DNA from: Methanobacterium sp.
Lineage (GTDB): Archaea; Methanobacteriota; Methanobacteria; Methanobacteriales; Methanobacteriaceae
DNA: 18,515 bases
Direction of reading: 5' to 3'
Assembly: GCA_003166335.1 (NCBI GenBank)
Contig: PMWA01000077.1
Span: 1-18,515 of the forward strand
Shown here: positions 18,002 through 18,515 of the stretch, one piece after another
Numbering within the stretch: the stretch's first letter is position 1
How the letters are laid out: every line of letters begins with the position of its first letter
Notes under the pieces: generated by a model
Seen by the model: only the letters and a program-made list of their open reading frames with translations
What the model was told of the DNA's origin: nothing
The model's database searches: none
Program-made: the position numbers and the translations under genes

Positions 18002-18515
18002 TTATTTTAAATATGGTCCGTATTTGTTTCTTGCAAATACTTCCATTCTATTGTTTATTATTATTATCAATATTATGATAATAAAGAGAATTGTTGTACC
18101 TACTGCTAAGGCTGTGTTAGAATCAGAATTACCCGGGAGAATAGTGCCAGTAACGCTTCCAAATATTCCACCTACTACTGTGCTCCAGAAGCTGAAAAAT
18201 ACGATTGCTCCGAAACAAAATCCTGTCACAGGTCCACCGTACTTGGCACAGAAGTTAACTGCATCTAAAGAGTTTCTGGCTCCGAGTTCAGCTTTTCTGG
18301 TGATGTCACCGTGAATTCGAACAGGGATACCTCCACCAAATGGGTATTGCTGGTACTCTCTTTCACCACCATAGTGAATATCGCCTGTTGATGAGCCTAT
18401 AGCACCGATGGTTATTCCCCAAAGTACTGCCAGCATTGGCAGTGGGAATGGGTGTGCGAAACCTTGTATTGGCAAGGTCATTAAGTATGATACTCCAATT
18501 ATTGTGAATGTAACT
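18002..18515 (-). CDS. mtrE: Mtr subunit E, C-terminal part; 5' end lies outside the window
   Basis: The frame is open to the window edge (VTFTIIGVSYLMTLP...). Motifs HPFPLP, WGITIGAIGSSTGDIHYG.ER.YQ, AKYGGPVTG and EVFARNKYGPY. Confidence 0.96.
   Translation of the reverse strand, partial: VTFTIIGVSYLMTLPIQGFAHPFPLPMLAVLWGITIGAIGSSTGDIHYGGEREYQQYPFGGGIPVRIHGDITRKAELGARNSLDAVNFCAKYGGPVTGFCFGAIVFFSFWSTVVGGIFGSVTGTILPGNSDSNTALAVGTTILFIIIILIIIINNRMEVFARNKYGPYLK

Overview
AT-rich archaeal chromosomal window from a hydrogenotrophic methanogen, most likely Methanobacteriales (Methanobacterium-like). It is core genome. From left to right: the 3' end of a methanogen-type serS; a candidate unannotated 50-aa membrane microprotein; a long-type FKBP and a TmcAL-like HIGH nucleotidyltransferase (minus strand); pyrC; a CooT-family Ni protein; the mvhDGAB F420-non-reducing hydrogenase operon; a minimal sufCB (SmsCB-type) Fe-S assembly pair; a PRC-barrel gene, cobY and methanogenesis marker 14; and the mtr(E)DCBAFGH methyltransferase operon, truncated in mtrE. 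I saw no mobile elements, CRISPR arrays or RNA genes. The best lead for an undescribed system is marker 14, which carries ASKHA ATPase motifs resembling B12-enzyme reactivases and lies between the corrinoid enzyme operon mtr and cobY. Other leads are the 50-aa TM/polybasic ORF, a GCPP->GCPC change at the MvhG proximal cluster, a likely CTG start for sufC, and palindromic candidate operators upstream of mvhD and cooT. Comparisons with homologs and other genomes are from memory; no searches were run.
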